Shown here in pieces: positions 20,001 through 30,871 of a DNA stretch of 53,788 nt (positions are counted from its first letter, which is position 1; each line of letters begins with the position of its first letter). The DNA is from Rhizobium sp. GTDB taxonomy: Bacteria; Pseudomonadota; Alphaproteobacteria; Rhizobiales; Rhizobiaceae. The DNA lies in the NCBI GenBank assembly GCA_036722275.1, contig DAIMJJ010000001.1, positions 1 to 53,788 of the forward strand, read 5' to 3'. The notes below the pieces were generated by a model, which was not told the DNA's origin, made no database searches, and worked only from the letters and a program-made list of their open reading frames with translations. The position numbers were made by a program, and so were the translations under genes.

Positions 20001-21599
20001 CTATCGCCCGGCCTCTTGCAACAGCGAAAGCTCGGCGCGATGGCGCATCATGGTGACCAGCGCCGCATAGTCCCGCTCATAGAAGTTCCGCAGCGAAGGA
20101 TTGGGTGTGACCGACTGCATGCGCATCGCCATCACCGCACCGGCCCTTGCCATATCGGTAAAAACGCCGCCGCTGACGGCAGCGTGCTGTGCCGTGCCAA
20201 GCAGTACGGCATCCTGGTCGACGGGTGTCAGCACCGCGCAGTCAAGCACATCCGCGTAGAGCTGCGGGATCAGCGGATGGTTGGAAAAGCCGCCGGCCAT
20301 TGCCAGCGAGCGCACGCGGCCCGGTTCGCCCGGCATGTGCGCAATGATGTGCCGGATGCCGCAGGCAAGGGCCACGCAGGTCCGCCAGTAGAGCCGGCAC
20401 AGACCATCGAAGCTGCGATCGAGCGTCATGCCGGCAATGGTGCCGGTGAGATCCGGGTCGGTGGTCGGCGAGCGCGTCCCGTGAAAATCCGGCAAGACAT
20501 GGATTGGCAGCCCGTAGCCCGGTCCCTCGCGCTCGATCCGTTCGGCAACATGGTCGAGAATGGCGGCATGGCGGGCCCGGCTTGGCTCGCCGCCAGCCGG
20601 ATGGATCTGCAGGATATGGTCAAGCAGGGCGCCCGACGCCGACTGGCCGGCCTCCGTCAACCAGAGATCGGCAATCGCCACATCACGGAAAGCGCCCCAG
20701 CAGCCCTCGGCCTGGACGCTCTGGCGTGTGAGTTGCACCACGCAGCTCGAGGTCCCGGCAATCAGCGCCAGATGCGTCTCCAGCCGGTCGCCGGACACGA
20801 CATCCGGAAGGCTGAACAGGGCGATCGTGCCGGCATAGGCATCAATCAGGCCCGGCGCCACAAGGCAGGAAGGGGTCAGTCCGAGTTCGCCGGCCGCCGC
20901 GGCGGAAAGAGCCCCGACGGGCTGCGTCGCCTTGAGCGTGGTCGGCGGCAGTCCCGCGCGTGCGATGACGTCCTCAAGCCCGACCAGTGCCAGAAAATCG
21001 GAAGGCGCCGCGCCTGGCGCCTCCGGCGCAAAGCCCCACTTGGCCGCCATCGGGGAGTGCCCCCGCAGGGGCGATCCCGTGGCGCGCCAGGTGAGATAGT
21101 CGGAAAGGTCGAAGATGAGGCCCGCCTTCTGCCAGGTGTCCGGCATCTCTTCCTTCAGCCAGAGCAGCTTGGGCAGCTGCATCTCCGCCGAAAGCCGGCC
21201 TCCGAAACGATCGAGCAGTGGATCGCCGGTCCGGTTGCACCGCTCCGCCTGCCGGACCGCGCGGTGGTCCATCCACAGAAGAGTGTCGAGGTTGGTGCGT
21301 CCCGTGGTCGAAACCGACAGCGGCCGCCCTTCCCTGTCACGCACCACCAGAGAGCAGGTCGCATCGAAGCCGAGGGCGCGAACCGCCTCCGGCCTGATAT
21401 TCGACTTCTCGATCACCGAGCGTACGGCGCGGCAAACAGCGGCCCAGATCTCCTCGCTGTCCTGTTCGAGATGGCGTTCCTTCGGCTGGACGAGCGAAAT
21501 CGGCACGACGTCGCGGGCGATTTGCGTCCCGGCCAGATCAAACAGGCCGGCGCGCACGCTACCGGTGCCAACGTCCACCGCGATGATGTAGTCATGCAT
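20001..21599 (-). CDS. FGGY-family carbohydrate (pentulose/ribulose-type) kinase
   Basis: VDVGTGSVRAG, GFDATCSLV, WMDHRA, PDFHGTRSP. Confidence 0.88.
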   Translation of the reverse strand: MHDYIIAVDVGTGSVRAGLFDLAGTQIARDVVPISLVQPKERHLEQDSEEIWAAVCRAVRSVIEKSNIRPEAVRALGFDATCSLVVRDREGRPLSVSTTGRTNLDTLLWMDHRAVRQAERCNRTGDPLLDRFGGRLSAEMQLPKLLWLKEEMPDTWQKAGLIFDLSDYLTWRATGSPLRGHSPMAAKWGFAPEAPGAAPSDFLALVGLEDVIARAGLPPTTLKATQPVGALSAAAAGELGLTPSCLVAPGLIDAYAGTIALFSLPDVVSGDRLETHLALIAGTSSCVVQLTRQSVQAEGCWGAFRDVAIADLWLTEAGQSASGALLDHILQIHPAGGEPSRARHAAILDHVAERIEREGPGYGLPIHVLPDFHGTRSPTTDPDLTGTIAGMTLDRSFDGLCRLYWRTCVALACGIRHIIAHMPGEPGRVRSLAMAGGFSNHPLIPQLYADVLDCAVLTPVDQDAVLLGTAQHAAVSGGVFTDMARAGAVMAMRMQSVTPNPSLRNFYERDYAALVTMMRHRAELSLLQEAGR

Positions 21600-22290
21600 C
21601 AGGATTGTCTCTCGGTCTCCCGGCCGGGAGCACAAGGTGAAGCAAATCGGCCATGGCGTCAAACCGCGTTTCCGGTTTCAGCCGCTCCAGTTCCTCCTGA
21701 TAATCGGCAAGGCCCGTATGGGATCCGCCGGTATAGGCAAGGACACGCATGCCGGCCGCCCGCGCCGCCATGATGCCGGCCGGACTGTCCTCGATCACCA
21801 CGCATTCCGCCGGCGCACGCCCCATGGCGGCTGCGGCGTGAAGAAAGAGGTCCGGCGCCGGCTTGCCCCGTTCGACCATGGATGCGGAGAAGATTCGAGG
21901 GTCGAAACGCGTCCGGATCCCGGTAACCGTCAACGACAGGACGATCCGCTCCGGCTGCGAAGAGGAGGCAACGCACCACTCGATCCCGGCGGCCTCCAGC
22001 GCCTCGAGAGCCGTAACGACACCCGGCGTGGGCCGCAGTTCGGCGCGGAAACGGGCATAGAGCCTGCCACGCATCTCGGCGAGAAAGGCCTCGTCGATCG
22101 CAAGCCCATATTCCGCCTCGGCGGTTCTGACCATCGAGGCGAGACTTCGCCCCAGGAAGAGCGAGGACGCTTCCTCCAGCCCAATCGAGATACCCGCACC
22201 CGCCAGCATGTCCATGAGAACGGCCAGCGAGATCGGTTCACTGTCCACCAGCACGCCGTCGCAATCGAAGATCACCAGCGGTCGTGCCAC
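21592..22290 (-). CDS. HAD-family phosphatase
   Basis: IFDCDGVLVDSE, VASSS, KPAPDLF, IEDSPAG. Start uncertain (GTG 22290 or CTG 22320). Confidence 0.85.
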   Translation of the reverse strand: MARPLVIFDCDGVLVDSEPISLAVLMDMLAGAGISIGLEEASSLFLGRSLASMVRTAEAEYGLAIDEAFLAEMRGRLYARFRAELRPTPGVVTALEALEAAGIEWCVASSSQPERIVLSLTVTGIRTRFDPRIFSASMVERGKPAPDLFLHAAAAMGRAPAECVVIEDSPAGIMAARAAGMRVLAYTGGSHTGLADYQEELERLKPETRFDAMADLLHLVLPAGRPRDNPDA

Positions 22291-22316
22291 ATCTTCGGGA
22301 TGAGAGATCGGTTCGT

Positions 22317-23798
22317 TCAGAGCAATCGTCCTTCCAGATACCGCTTGAGCGTTTCGGCGGTGCCGGCCTCGTACAGAGATCTTAGCGCGGTGGAGAACCG
22401 CTCGCGGAACAGGGGATCGGTGCCGACGCTCCCGAAGATGTCGGATAGCGCCAGAAATGCAAGCGGATCCACCTTTGCGCTGAGTGCCGCGGCCTTCAGT
22501 CTGTCGGCACTGGCATCGTTGAACACGATCGCCTTGCCGCTGTCCGTATGTCCCTCGAAGTAGCGGCACCACAGCGCCGACACCAGCGCGAGACCCACTA
22601 CGTCCAGCCCCCTGGCCAGCCGGTCGGCCGTAGAGGGCAGGATGAACTTCGGTTGGCGGTTTGAACCGTCCTGGGCGAGCCGCGGAATGGTATCGCCGAT
22701 CTTCGGATTGGAGAACCGCCGCTCGATCAGGTTGAAATAGGCATCGAGGCTGGTGTCCGGCACCGGCGGCACGATCGGAATGATTTCTTCCTTTTCCAGC
22801 TTGGCGAGGAAAGCGCGGATCAGCGGGTTCTCCATCGCCTCATGGACAAAATGAATGTCCATGAGCGCGGCCGGATAAGCGATTGCCGCATGCCCCCCAT
22901 TGAGAATCCGCAGCTTCATCAGTTCATACGGGGCGACGTCCTCGACGAAGGTGACGCCGACGGCCTCGAGCGCCGGACGGCCAAGCGGAAACTTATCCTC
23001 CATCACCCATTGCTTGAACTCCTCGCAGAACACCGGCCATCCGTCCTCGATGCCATAGGTGTCGCGGGTCAGCGTAATCTCCCGCTCGCCGGTCGCCGGC
23101 GTAATGCGGTCGACCATGGAGTTCGGGAAGGCGACGTTTTCGTGGATCCAGTGGGCGAAATCGGGATCGGACAGCCGGGCGAGCCCGGTGACAGTCGCCT
23201 CCGTCACCTCGCCATTGCCGGGGATGTTGTCGCAGCACATCACGGTGAACGGCGCGATGCCGGCGTCGCGACGCGCCCGAAGGCCGGCGATGACCAGGCC
23301 GAAGACCGTTTTCGGATGGGCCGGATCGGCCGCGTCGGCGACCATCGCCGGATTGGTCGGGTCAAAGGCACCCGTTGCCGGGTCGATAAAATAGCCGCCC
23401 TCGGTGATCGTAAGCGAGACAATGCGGATCGCCGGGTCCGCTAGGGCGGCTATGATGGCGCCGTCGTCCGGCGCCGTGAGAATGTCGATCATCGGACCGG
23501 TCACGGTGGCAGCACTGCGATTGTTGTCCTGCTCTACCACCGTGGTGAGATAGTCCTGCGCGGCCAGCTTTTCCTTCATCAACCGGTCGGACGGCATCAC
23601 CCCGGCCCCGACGATGGCAAAGTCGAGGTCGCGGCCGAGATTGAACAGCTCATGCAGATAGATCGCCTGGTGCGCCCGGTGAAAATTGCCGACGCCGAAA
23701 TGCAGGATGCCCGGTGTGAGCTGGTCGCGGCGATAGGACGGCACCGCGGCCCTTGTCGCGATTTCGGGCAGGCTGGCCAGGGAAAGCTTGCGGGTCAT
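22317..23798 (-). CDS. mtlK: Mannitol 2-dehydrogenase
   Basis: GILHFGVGNFHRAHQA, SLTITEGGY, CDNI, NSMVDRITP, KLRILNGGH. Confidence 0.93.
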   Translation of the reverse strand: MTRKLSLASLPEIATRAAVPSYRRDQLTPGILHFGVGNFHRAHQAIYLHELFNLGRDLDFAIVGAGVMPSDRLMKEKLAAQDYLTTVVEQDNNRSAATVTGPMIDILTAPDDGAIIAALADPAIRIVSLTITEGGYFIDPATGAFDPTNPAMVADAADPAHPKTVFGLVIAGLRARRDAGIAPFTVMCCDNIPGNGEVTEATVTGLARLSDPDFAHWIHENVAFPNSMVDRITPATGEREITLTRDTYGIEDGWPVFCEEFKQWVMEDKFPLGRPALEAVGVTFVEDVAPYELMKLRILNGGHAAIAYPAALMDIHFVHEAMENPLIRAFLAKLEKEEIIPIVPPVPDTSLDAYFNLIERRFSNPKIGDTIPRLAQDGSNRQPKFILPSTADRLARGLDVVGLALVSALWCRYFEGHTDSGKAIVFNDASADRLKAAALSAKVDPLAFLALSDIFGSVGTDPLFRERFSTALRSLYEAGTAETLKRYLEGRLL

Positions 23799-23844
23799 GT
23801 CATTGTCCTCGATTGGTAAAGCCGGACCGTCGCGTGCGCGACCG

Positions 23845-24621
23845 TCAGCTCATCCAGTTGCCGCCGTCGACGTTGTAGGTCTGGGCGACGATGTAATCGG
23901 CCTCCGGGGTGGCGAGGAAAATCGCCATTCCCGTTAGGTCTTGCGAAGTGCCCATGCGGCCGAAAGGCACGGCCTCGCCGACCTGCCGCTTCTTCTCGCC
24001 CAAGGGAAGGTTCTCGTAGCGGGCAAACAGCGCATCGACGCCGTCCCAGTGCTCGCCGTCGACCACGCCGGGGGCGATCGCGTTGACATTGATGCCGTGC
24101 TTGATGAGGTCGAGCCCCGCAGACTGGGTGAGCGAGATGATCGCGGCCTTGGTGGCGCAATAGACGGCCACGAGGGCTTCGCCCCGCCGGCCGGCCTGGC
24201 TTGCCATGTTGATGATCTTGCCGCCCTTGCCGCGGGCGATCATCGATTTTGCGACCGCCTGCAGCATGAAGAGGGAGCCTGCGACATTGATCGCAAACAG
24301 CCGATCATAGCTCTGGCGGGTGATCTCGACGATCGGCGCCAGGTCGAACAAGGCGGCATTGTTGATCAGTATGTCGATCCCGCCGGCCGTCTCCTCGACG
24401 GCTTTTACCGCCGCATCGATCGAGGCCTGGTCGGTGACGTCGAGCCGGACGGCATAGGCCGCCGGGCCGATCTCGGCGGCGGTTGCGCGGGCGCGTTCCA
24501 GATCGATGTCGGCAATGGCAACCCGGGCACCCTCGCGCACATAGGCCTCGGCAAAGGCCTTGCCGATCCCGCGCGCAGCGCCCGTGATGATGGCCGACTT
24601 GCCTTCAAGACGTCCGGTCAT
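23845..24621 (-). CDS. smoS: Sorbitol (L-iditol 2-) dehydrogenase, SDR family
   Basis: [51 protein letters not shown]. Confidence 0.93.
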   Translation of the reverse strand: MTGRLEGKSAIITGAARGIGKAFAEAYVREGARVAIADIDLERARATAAEIGPAAYAVRLDVTDQASIDAAVKAVEETAGGIDILINNAALFDLAPIVEITRQSYDRLFAINVAGSLFMLQAVAKSMIARGKGGKIINMASQAGRRGEALVAVYCATKAAIISLTQSAGLDLIKHGINVNAIAPGVVDGEHWDGVDALFARYENLPLGEKKRQVGEAVPFGRMGTSQDLTGMAIFLATPEADYIVAQTYNVDGGNWMS

Positions 24622-25616
24622 TGCGCAAGCCCCCGCTCGTTGAAGCGGTGCAGGCGGGCAGGATCGGGGGTGATGTAGACCGTATCACCGTGATGCACCG
24701 GCATCTCGCCGCTGACCCTGGCGGTCACGCTGCCCACGTCTTCGACATCGACATGCAGGAAGGTGTCGGAGCCGAGATGCTCAGCGACGGTGACGCGGCC
24801 CCTCCAGGCGCCCTCGGTGGTCGAGAGCGTCACATGTTCAGGGCGGATGCCGATCGTATGAGCGCCCTTTTCCTGCGCCACCCGGCCACCGATGAGGTTC
24901 ATCCTCGGCGAGCCGATGAAGCCGGCGACGAAGAGGTTGGCCGGAGTGCGATAGAGTTCGAGCGGCGAGCCGACCTGTTCGATCCGGCCCTTGTTCAAGA
25001 CGACGATCTTGTCGGCCATGGTCATCGCCTCGACCTGGTCGTGGGTGACATAAATCGAGGTCGCGCCCAGCTTCTGATGCAGCTCGGAGATTTCCAGCCG
25101 CATGTTGACGCGCAGCGCCGCATCGAGGTTCGACAACGGCTCGTCGAACAGGAAGCATTCCGGCGACCGCACGATGGCGCGTCCGATGGCGACCCGCTGG
25201 CGCTGGCCGCCGGACAGGTTGCGCGGTTTGCGCTCGAGATAGTCGGTCAGATTGAGGATCCTCGCCGCCTCCTCGACCTTGCGATCGATCTCCGCCTTGT
25301 CGACCTTGGCCATCTTCAGCGGAAAGCCGATATTGGAGCGCACACTCATGTGCGGATAGAGCGCGTAGGACTGGAACACCATGGCGAGCCCCCGCTGCGA
25401 GGGCGCCTTGTGCGTGGCATCGACCCCGTCGATCAGGATGCGTCCGCCGGACACGTCCTCAAGGCCCGCGATCAGCCGCAGCAGAGTGGACTTTCCGCAA
25501 CCGGACGGTCCGACGAAGACGGCGAATTCGCCATTGTTGATCTCCAGGTCGATCGAAGGAATGACGGTGACCTCGCCAAAGGTCTTGGAGACGTTTTCGA
25601 GCTTGATGCTGCCCAT
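24618..25616 (-). CDS. smoK: Polyol ABC transporter ATPase
   Basis: [34 protein letters not shown]; operon context. Confidence 0.9.
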   Translation of the reverse strand: MGSIKLENVSKTFGEVTVIPSIDLEINNGEFAVFVGPSGCGKSTLLRLIAGLEDVSGGRILIDGVDATHKAPSQRGLAMVFQSYALYPHMSVRSNIGFPLKMAKVDKAEIDRKVEEAARILNLTDYLERKPRNLSGGQRQRVAIGRAIVRSPECFLFDEPLSNLDAALRVNMRLEISELHQKLGATSIYVTHDQVEAMTMADKIVVLNKGRIEQVGSPLELYRTPANLFVAGFIGSPRMNLIGGRVAQEKGAHTIGIRPEHVTLSTTEGAWRGRVTVAEHLGSDTFLHVDVEDVGSVTARVSGEMPVHHGDTVYITPDPARLHRFNERGLAQ

Positions 25617-25628
25617 GGTCTTTGTTCC

Positions 25629-26453
25629 TTACTTGACGGCGCCGAAGGTCAGGCCGCGGACCAATTGTTTCTGGCTGAACCAGCCGAGGATGACGATCGG
25701 GGCAATCGCGAGCGTCGAGGCCGCCGAGAGCTTGGCCCAGAAGAGACCCTGCGGGCTGGAGAATGAAGCGATGAAGGCAGTGAGCGGTGCCGCGTTCGTC
25801 GTGGTCAGCCGAATCGTCCAGAAGGACTCGTTCCAGGCGAGAATGACGTTGAGCAGCATGGTCGAGGCAATGCCGGGCACCGCCATCGGCGTGAGCACAT
25901 GGACGATCTCGTTCATCAGCGAGGCACCGTCCATGCGGGCCGCTTCGAGGATCTCGCCCGGGATCTCGCGGAAGTAAGTGTAGAGCATCCACACGACGAT
26001 CGGCAGGTTGATCAGCATCAGCATGACGGTCAGGCCGATACGGGTGTCGAGCAGACCGAAGTCGCGGAACATGAGATAGATCGGCACGAGCACGGCGACC
26101 GCCGGCATCATCTTCGTGGAAAGCATCCACATCAGGATGTCCTTGGTGCGCCTGGTCGGCGAAAACGCCATGGCCCAGGCGGCCGGAATGGCAACCAGCA
26201 GCGCCAGGAGCGTGGAGCCGACCGAAATCACCACCGAGTTCATGAACGGCTTGAAATAGTCGCGCTGCGTCTGGACGGTCACGTAGTTTTCGAGGGTGAA
26301 GGAAGGGATCAGGTCGAAGCCCTGGATCGCCTCCGTCTCGGTTTTGATGCTGGTGATGATCGTGTAGAGGATCGGGAAAAAGATCACCAAGGCCACGACC
26401 CAGGCCAGGGCGGTAAGCGCGATCCTGCGGCGGGAACTGACTGCACGTGCCAT
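25629..26453 (-). CDS. smoG: Polyol ABC transporter permease
   Basis: KDILMWMLSTKMMP, EAARMDGA, QKQLVRGLTFGAVK. Confidence 0.9.
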   Translation of the reverse strand: MARAVSSRRRIALTALAWVVALVIFFPILYTIITSIKTETEAIQGFDLIPSFTLENYVTVQTQRDYFKPFMNSVVISVGSTLLALLVAIPAAWAMAFSPTRRTKDILMWMLSTKMMPAVAVLVPIYLMFRDFGLLDTRIGLTVMLMLINLPIVVWMLYTYFREIPGEILEAARMDGASLMNEIVHVLTPMAVPGIASTMLLNVILAWNESFWTIRLTTTNAAPLTAFIASFSSPQGLFWAKLSAASTLAIAPIVILGWFSQKQLVRGLTFGAVK

Positions 26454-26465
26454 GATCTTGTCTCC

Positions 26466-27337
26466 TCAGCGATCCAGGTTCCGGCCGACCGCCCGCATCA
26501 GGAAGAAGGCGACGATATTGGCGAGAATGACCGCGATGATGCCCCCCGCCGATGCACCGCCGACGTCGTAGCCCAGAAGCGCGGTGCGATAGATCAGGAA
26601 GGCGAGATTGGTGGAGGCATAGCCCGGACCGCCATTGGTGGTGACGAGGATCTCGGCATAGACCCCGAGCAGGAAGATGGTCTGGATGAGGATCACGACC
26701 GTGATCGCCCGGGCGAGATGCGGCAGGACGAGATAGATGAACTGGTCGATGAAACCCGCGCCATCCATCTCGGCCGCTTCCTTCTGCTCGCCGTCGAGCG
26801 ACTGCAGGGCGGTCAGCAGGATCAGGGTCGCGAACGGCAGCCATTGCCAGGCGACGATGATGATGATCGAAAACAGCGGGTACTGCGCGAACCAGTCCAC
26901 CGGCTGGAAACCGAGCGCCCGGTTGATATCGGCGAGCACGCCGTAGCCGGGATGCATGATCATGTTCTTCCACACCAGTGCTGCGACCGGCGGCATGACG
27001 AAGAAGGGAGAGATGATCATGATGCGCACCAACCCCTGCCCGAAGATCGGTTGGTCGAGCAGAAGCGCGATGGCGATACCGCCGACAATGGTGATGAAAA
27101 GCACACCACCGACGATCAGCAGCGTATTCCAGATCGACTGGAAAAAGGCCGGATCGGTGTAGAAGAAACGGTAGTTGAACAGTCCGCCGAAACTGACATT
27201 GGGGGGTTGAGCAGATTGTAGTTCTGGAACGAGAACCAGAGCGTCATGGCGAGCGGCACGATCATCCAGATCAGCAGCAATCCGACCGAAGGCGCCATCA
27301 TCAGGCGGGCAAGCGTCCGGGTGTTTTGCGTAGCCAT
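26466..27337 (-). pseudogene. smoF: Polyol ABC permease with a frameshift near 27201-27206 (real lesion or sequence error)
   Basis: The N-terminus MATQNTRTLARLMMAPSV...NYNLLNP is in the frame of ORF 27116..27367, while the rest (NVSFGGLFNY...EAAEMDGA) is in the frame of 26466..27440. The junction is a G6 run that is one base short. Confidence 0.8.
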
Positions 27338-27473
27338 GGTGCGATCCCAATCGTTGGTGCCGGACAAGCGTTGCGGCCGGCGAGAAGGCCCGTTGATCCC
27401 GAGCTTGTAGGCTGTGCCGTCGCTGCGGCCGTCCCCTCAAGCGCCGGTCACGCCGTCGAAGCGGCGAAGGACA

Positions 27474-27497
27474 CCGCCCGGACCGAAATCCGGGCGG
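27474..27497. other. Intercistronic hairpin 3' of smoE
   Basis: CCGCCCGGA-CCGAAA-TCCGGGCGG. Confidence 0.5.
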
Positions 27498-27516
27498 CGC
27501 ATGCGCGGGAGGGAGC

Positions 27517-28830
27517 TTACTTGATATAGCCGGCGCGGGTCATTTCGCGCTCGGCGGCCTGCTGGGCCTGGGCCAGCGCATCGTCGACCGTCATCTGGCC
27601 GGCAAGCGCTGCCGAGAACAGCTGACCGACCGTGGTGCCGAGCCCCTGGAACTCGGGGATGGCGACGAACTGCACGCCGACATAGGGCACCGGCTTCACC
27701 GTCGGGTTCTTGGGATCGGCCGCGTTGATCGAATCCAGCGTCATCTTCGCAAACGGCGCCGCCTTCTGGTATTCCGGGTTCTCGTAGAGCGAGGTGCGCG
27801 TGCCCGGAGGAACATTGGCCCAGCCCTCCTTGGATGCGACGAGGTTCGCATAGTCCTTGCTGGTCGCCCAGGCGATGAACTTCTGCGCCGCATCGGCCTT
27901 CTGCGAACCCGCCGGAACGGCGAGGTTCCAGGCCCAGAGCCAGTTGCCGCGCTTGCCAAGCCCGGTGTCGGGAGCGAGCGCGAAACCGACCTTGTCGGCG
28001 ACGGTCGAGTCCTTCGGATTGGTGACGAACGAAGCCGCGACGGTGGCGTCAATCCACATGCCGCACTTGCCCTGCTGGAACAGCGCCAGGTTTTCGTTGA
28101 AGCCGTTCGACGAGGCGCCCTGCGGGCCGGCATCGTTCATCAGCTTCACATACATGTCGAGCGTGTTCTTCCATTCCGGCTGGTCGAACTGCGGCTTCCA
28201 GTTCTCGTCGAACCAGCGGGCGCCGAAGGCGTTGGATGTGGCCGTCAGGAAGGCCATGTTTTCGCCCCAGCCGGCCTTGCCGCGCAGGCAGATACCGTTG
28301 ATCCCGGCCGCGCGATCGGTCATCTTGCGGGCGGCGTCGTTGATGAACTCCCAGGTCGGCGCGTCAGGCATGGTCAGCCCCGCCTTCTCCATCAGGTCCT
28401 TGCGGTACATGACCATCGAGCTTTCGCCGTAGAAGGGCGCGGCATAGAGCTTGCCGTCGTCGCCGGTCAGACCCGATCGGATAGCCGGGAGCAGATCGTC
28501 CACATCATAATCGGCGCCGAGATTGTCGAGCGGCAGGAGCCAGCCCTGCTTGGCCCAGATCGGCACTTCATAGGTGCCGATCGTCATGACGTCGTACTGT
28601 CCACCCTTGGTCGCGATGTCGGTCGTCACGCGCTCGCGCAGCACGTTTTCCTCGAGCGTGACCCACTCGACCTGGATGTCCGGGTTCTTCGCGGTGAACT
28701 CGGAGGTGAGGCCCTGCATACGGATCATGTCGCCATTGTTGACGGTCGCGATTGTCAGCGTCTCGGCCGAGGCTATCCCTGCAAGGGCGAGAGCCGAGCA
28801 CGCGCCCAGCAGAAGTGTCTTCACTTTCAT
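27517..28830 (-). CDS. smoE: Sorbitol/mannitol ABC binding protein
   Basis: Signal peptide, LTIATVNNGDMIRMQ, CLRGKAGWGEN, PYVGVQFVAIPEFQG; GGAGG RBS before the ATG at 28830. Confidence 0.92.
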   Translation of the reverse strand: MKVKTLLLGACSALALAGIASAETLTIATVNNGDMIRMQGLTSEFTAKNPDIQVEWVTLEENVLRERVTTDIATKGGQYDVMTIGTYEVPIWAKQGWLLPLDNLGADYDVDDLLPAIRSGLTGDDGKLYAAPFYGESSMVMYRKDLMEKAGLTMPDAPTWEFINDAARKMTDRAAGINGICLRGKAGWGENMAFLTATSNAFGARWFDENWKPQFDQPEWKNTLDMYVKLMNDAGPQGASSNGFNENLALFQQGKCGMWIDATVAASFVTNPKDSTVADKVGFALAPDTGLGKRGNWLWAWNLAVPAGSQKADAAQKFIAWATSKDYANLVASKEGWANVPPGTRTSLYENPEYQKAAPFAKMTLDSINAADPKNPTVKPVPYVGVQFVAIPEFQGLGTTVGQLFSAALAGQMTVDDALAQAQQAAEREMTRAGYIK

Positions 28831-28849
28831 GTCTTCCTCCCAGAAAGAA

Positions 28850-28984
28850 TGAGCATTTGCTTCGCTCATGGGCAATTACTCACATTAGCGGGTCGAGAGT
28901 CAATGCGGAAACGGTGTTGCAATGCCGAAAGGACCGCCCAAACCGTTGAGCAGCCTTGCAAAAATTTAACTGGGAAATTGCTCA
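28850..28984. promoter_or_regulatory. Three imperfect TGRGCA-N2-TGCTCA palindromes, candidate SmoC operators
   Basis: TGAGCATTTGCTTC (28850), TGGGCAATTACTCA (28869), TGGGAAATTGCTCA (28971), all upstream of smoE. Confidence 0.5.
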
Positions 28985-29935
28985 GCGGGCGAGCAGATGA
29001 CGCGCGGCGTCCTCGTCGGTGATCAGCGCGTTGATGTGGCCGCCGAGAGCGGCAGCCCGGATCGCGCGCAGCTTGCGCCGCCCGCGTGCCACGCCGCAGA
29101 CGACCGAGGCCTCTCGCGAGGGGATCGCGATGGAGGCCACGCGTTCGTTGACGGGGTGATCGAGCACGTTGCCGTCCTCGCCATAGATCCAGCCGCAGAT
29201 TTCGCCAGCGGCGCCGGCGGCCATCAGTTCGTCCATCTCCTCCTGGCGCAGGAAACCATCGACCAGGAGGGGTGCCTGGGCGCCCATTTCGCCGATCCCG
29301 ACAAAGGTGACGTGCGAACGCTCGCCGAGCGCGATCGTCGGGGCAACCAGCGGTTGGCGTCGCAGCAGATCACGTTCCTCCCTGGACGAGACGATGACGG
29401 GAAGCGGCATCGGAAAATGCGGCGCCTTCACCGCGTCGGCCATGGAATAGATGACGTTAAAATAGGCGGCCGAACCGTCCGGGCTGATATTGCCGGTCAG
29501 CGAGACGATCTTGTGCTGCGGGCACTCCATCGGCGGCAGCTGGTCGACCATGGCTCTCAAGGTGCGTCCGGTGCCCATGGCGATCACCAGCGGGTCCGGC
29601 TGTTTGAGCCAGCGCTCGAGCTCGGCGGCGCCGGCCTCGGCGACACCGACGGTCGCCGAATCCGAGCCCGGATCGGTCGGCACCACCTCGACCCGCTTCA
29701 GCCCGTATTTCGCCTTCACCGCCTCGGCAAGCTCCATGCAGACCGCGATGGGATGATCGAGACGAACCTTGATCAGCTTTTCAGCAACGGCCAGCGAAAC
29801 CAGCCGCTGGGCGCTCTGGCGCGAGATCCCCATGGTGGCGGCGATCTCGTCCTGGGTGCGCCCGGCCACATAATAGAGCCAGCCGGCCCGTGCCGCGTCG
29901 TCCAGTCTCGTCAGCGCTTCGCCTCGCCGTGTCAT
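28982..29935 (-). CDS. smoC: SorC/DeoR-type sugar-binding regulator
   Basis: AGWLYYVAGRTQDEIA HTH, GTGRTL, ALITDE; lies upstream of smoE. Confidence 0.88.
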   Translation of the reverse strand: MTRRGEALTRLDDAARAGWLYYVAGRTQDEIAATMGISRQSAQRLVSLAVAEKLIKVRLDHPIAVCMELAEAVKAKYGLKRVEVVPTDPGSDSATVGVAEAGAAELERWLKQPDPLVIAMGTGRTLRAMVDQLPPMECPQHKIVSLTGNISPDGSAAYFNVIYSMADAVKAPHFPMPLPVIVSSREERDLLRRQPLVAPTIALGERSHVTFVGIGEMGAQAPLLVDGFLRQEEMDELMAAGAAGEICGWIYGEDGNVLDHPVNERVASIAIPSREASVVCGVARGRRKLRAIRAAALGGHINALITDEDAARHLLAR

Positions 29936-30052
29936 CTCGCTTCACCTCTTGCCCCGCAAAAGAGCTGGCAAGTTTTCCGCTTCCTGTCAAACCGTCAGCA
30001 TTTGGTGCCAGGCACGCGCCGCCGGCCATGCAAGCAGCATCGGATGGGCGAA

Positions 30053-30760
30053 TCAGAGCGTCAGTGCCGTCGTATCGCTTGAGATCAGAGCCTTCAGTAT
30101 ACCGTGCAGCGTGTGCTCGCTGTGCTCGACCATGGCTGCCCGCGCCAGATCCGGATCGCGCAGGCGCAGAACGTCGACGATCTTGCGGTGGTCGCTGCTG
30201 GTCTCCGGATTAACGTCGCGGCTGACCGCGCCGAGATAAAACAGGCGCGTGCATTCATCGAGATGTGCCGCCACCAGGGCCAGCAGGCGCGGATTGTTGG
30301 CGCCTTCGGCAATGGCGATATGAAAGTCGCGATTCGCTTTCACGAAGGACTGCACGCTTTCACCTTGGGATGGATCGTAGCGGGCATCGGCCAACATCTC
30401 CAGCCGGTCCAGATCGGCCGACGTCAGGTTGAGTGCGGCCATCGAGGCTGCGGTTCCTTCCGTCATGGCGCGGATGGCGAAGAGGTCGTTGATGTCTTTG
30501 ACAGTAACCGGCGTTACCCGGTAGCCGCGCCGGGGAAAGGCCTCGATCAGACCTTCCGCGACCAGCCTTCCGAGCGCCTCGCGCACCGGCGTCTTGCTCA
30601 TGGACAGCTGATCCGCAAGCTCGAGTTCGGAAAACTCCGCGCCGGGCCGCAAGGCGCCGGATAGCACGCGCTCGCGCAGGGCACCATAGGCGGTTTCCGT
30701 CAACGACACCTTCTTCGTGCGGCCACCCACCGGGTCTGTCGAGAGAACGAGTGTCTGCAA
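30053..30760 (-). CDS. GntR (FadR/FCD) regulator
   Basis: SKTPVREAL wHTH, NRDFH and DH FCD motifs; TTG start with AGGAG RBS. Confidence 0.9.
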   Translation of the reverse strand: MQTLVLSTDPVGGRTKKVSLTETAYGALRERVLSGALRPGAEFSELELADQLSMSKTPVREALGRLVAEGLIEAFPRRGYRVTPVTVKDINDLFAIRAMTEGTAASMAALNLTSADLDRLEMLADARYDPSQGESVQSFVKANRDFHIAIAEGANNPRLLALVAAHLDECTRLFYLGAVSRDVNPETSSDHRKIVDVLRLRDPDLARAAMVEHSEHTLHGILKALISSDTTALTL

Positions 30761-30871
30761 GGCTCAAGCTCCTGATCTTCGGGCCTGCCTCCGGCGCGCC
30801 ATGCGCAGCAGCGTTTTGGCCCTTTTTTTCCTTCTCCTCCACTTTCCGAGACAGCGCAAGCCGAGGGGGCT

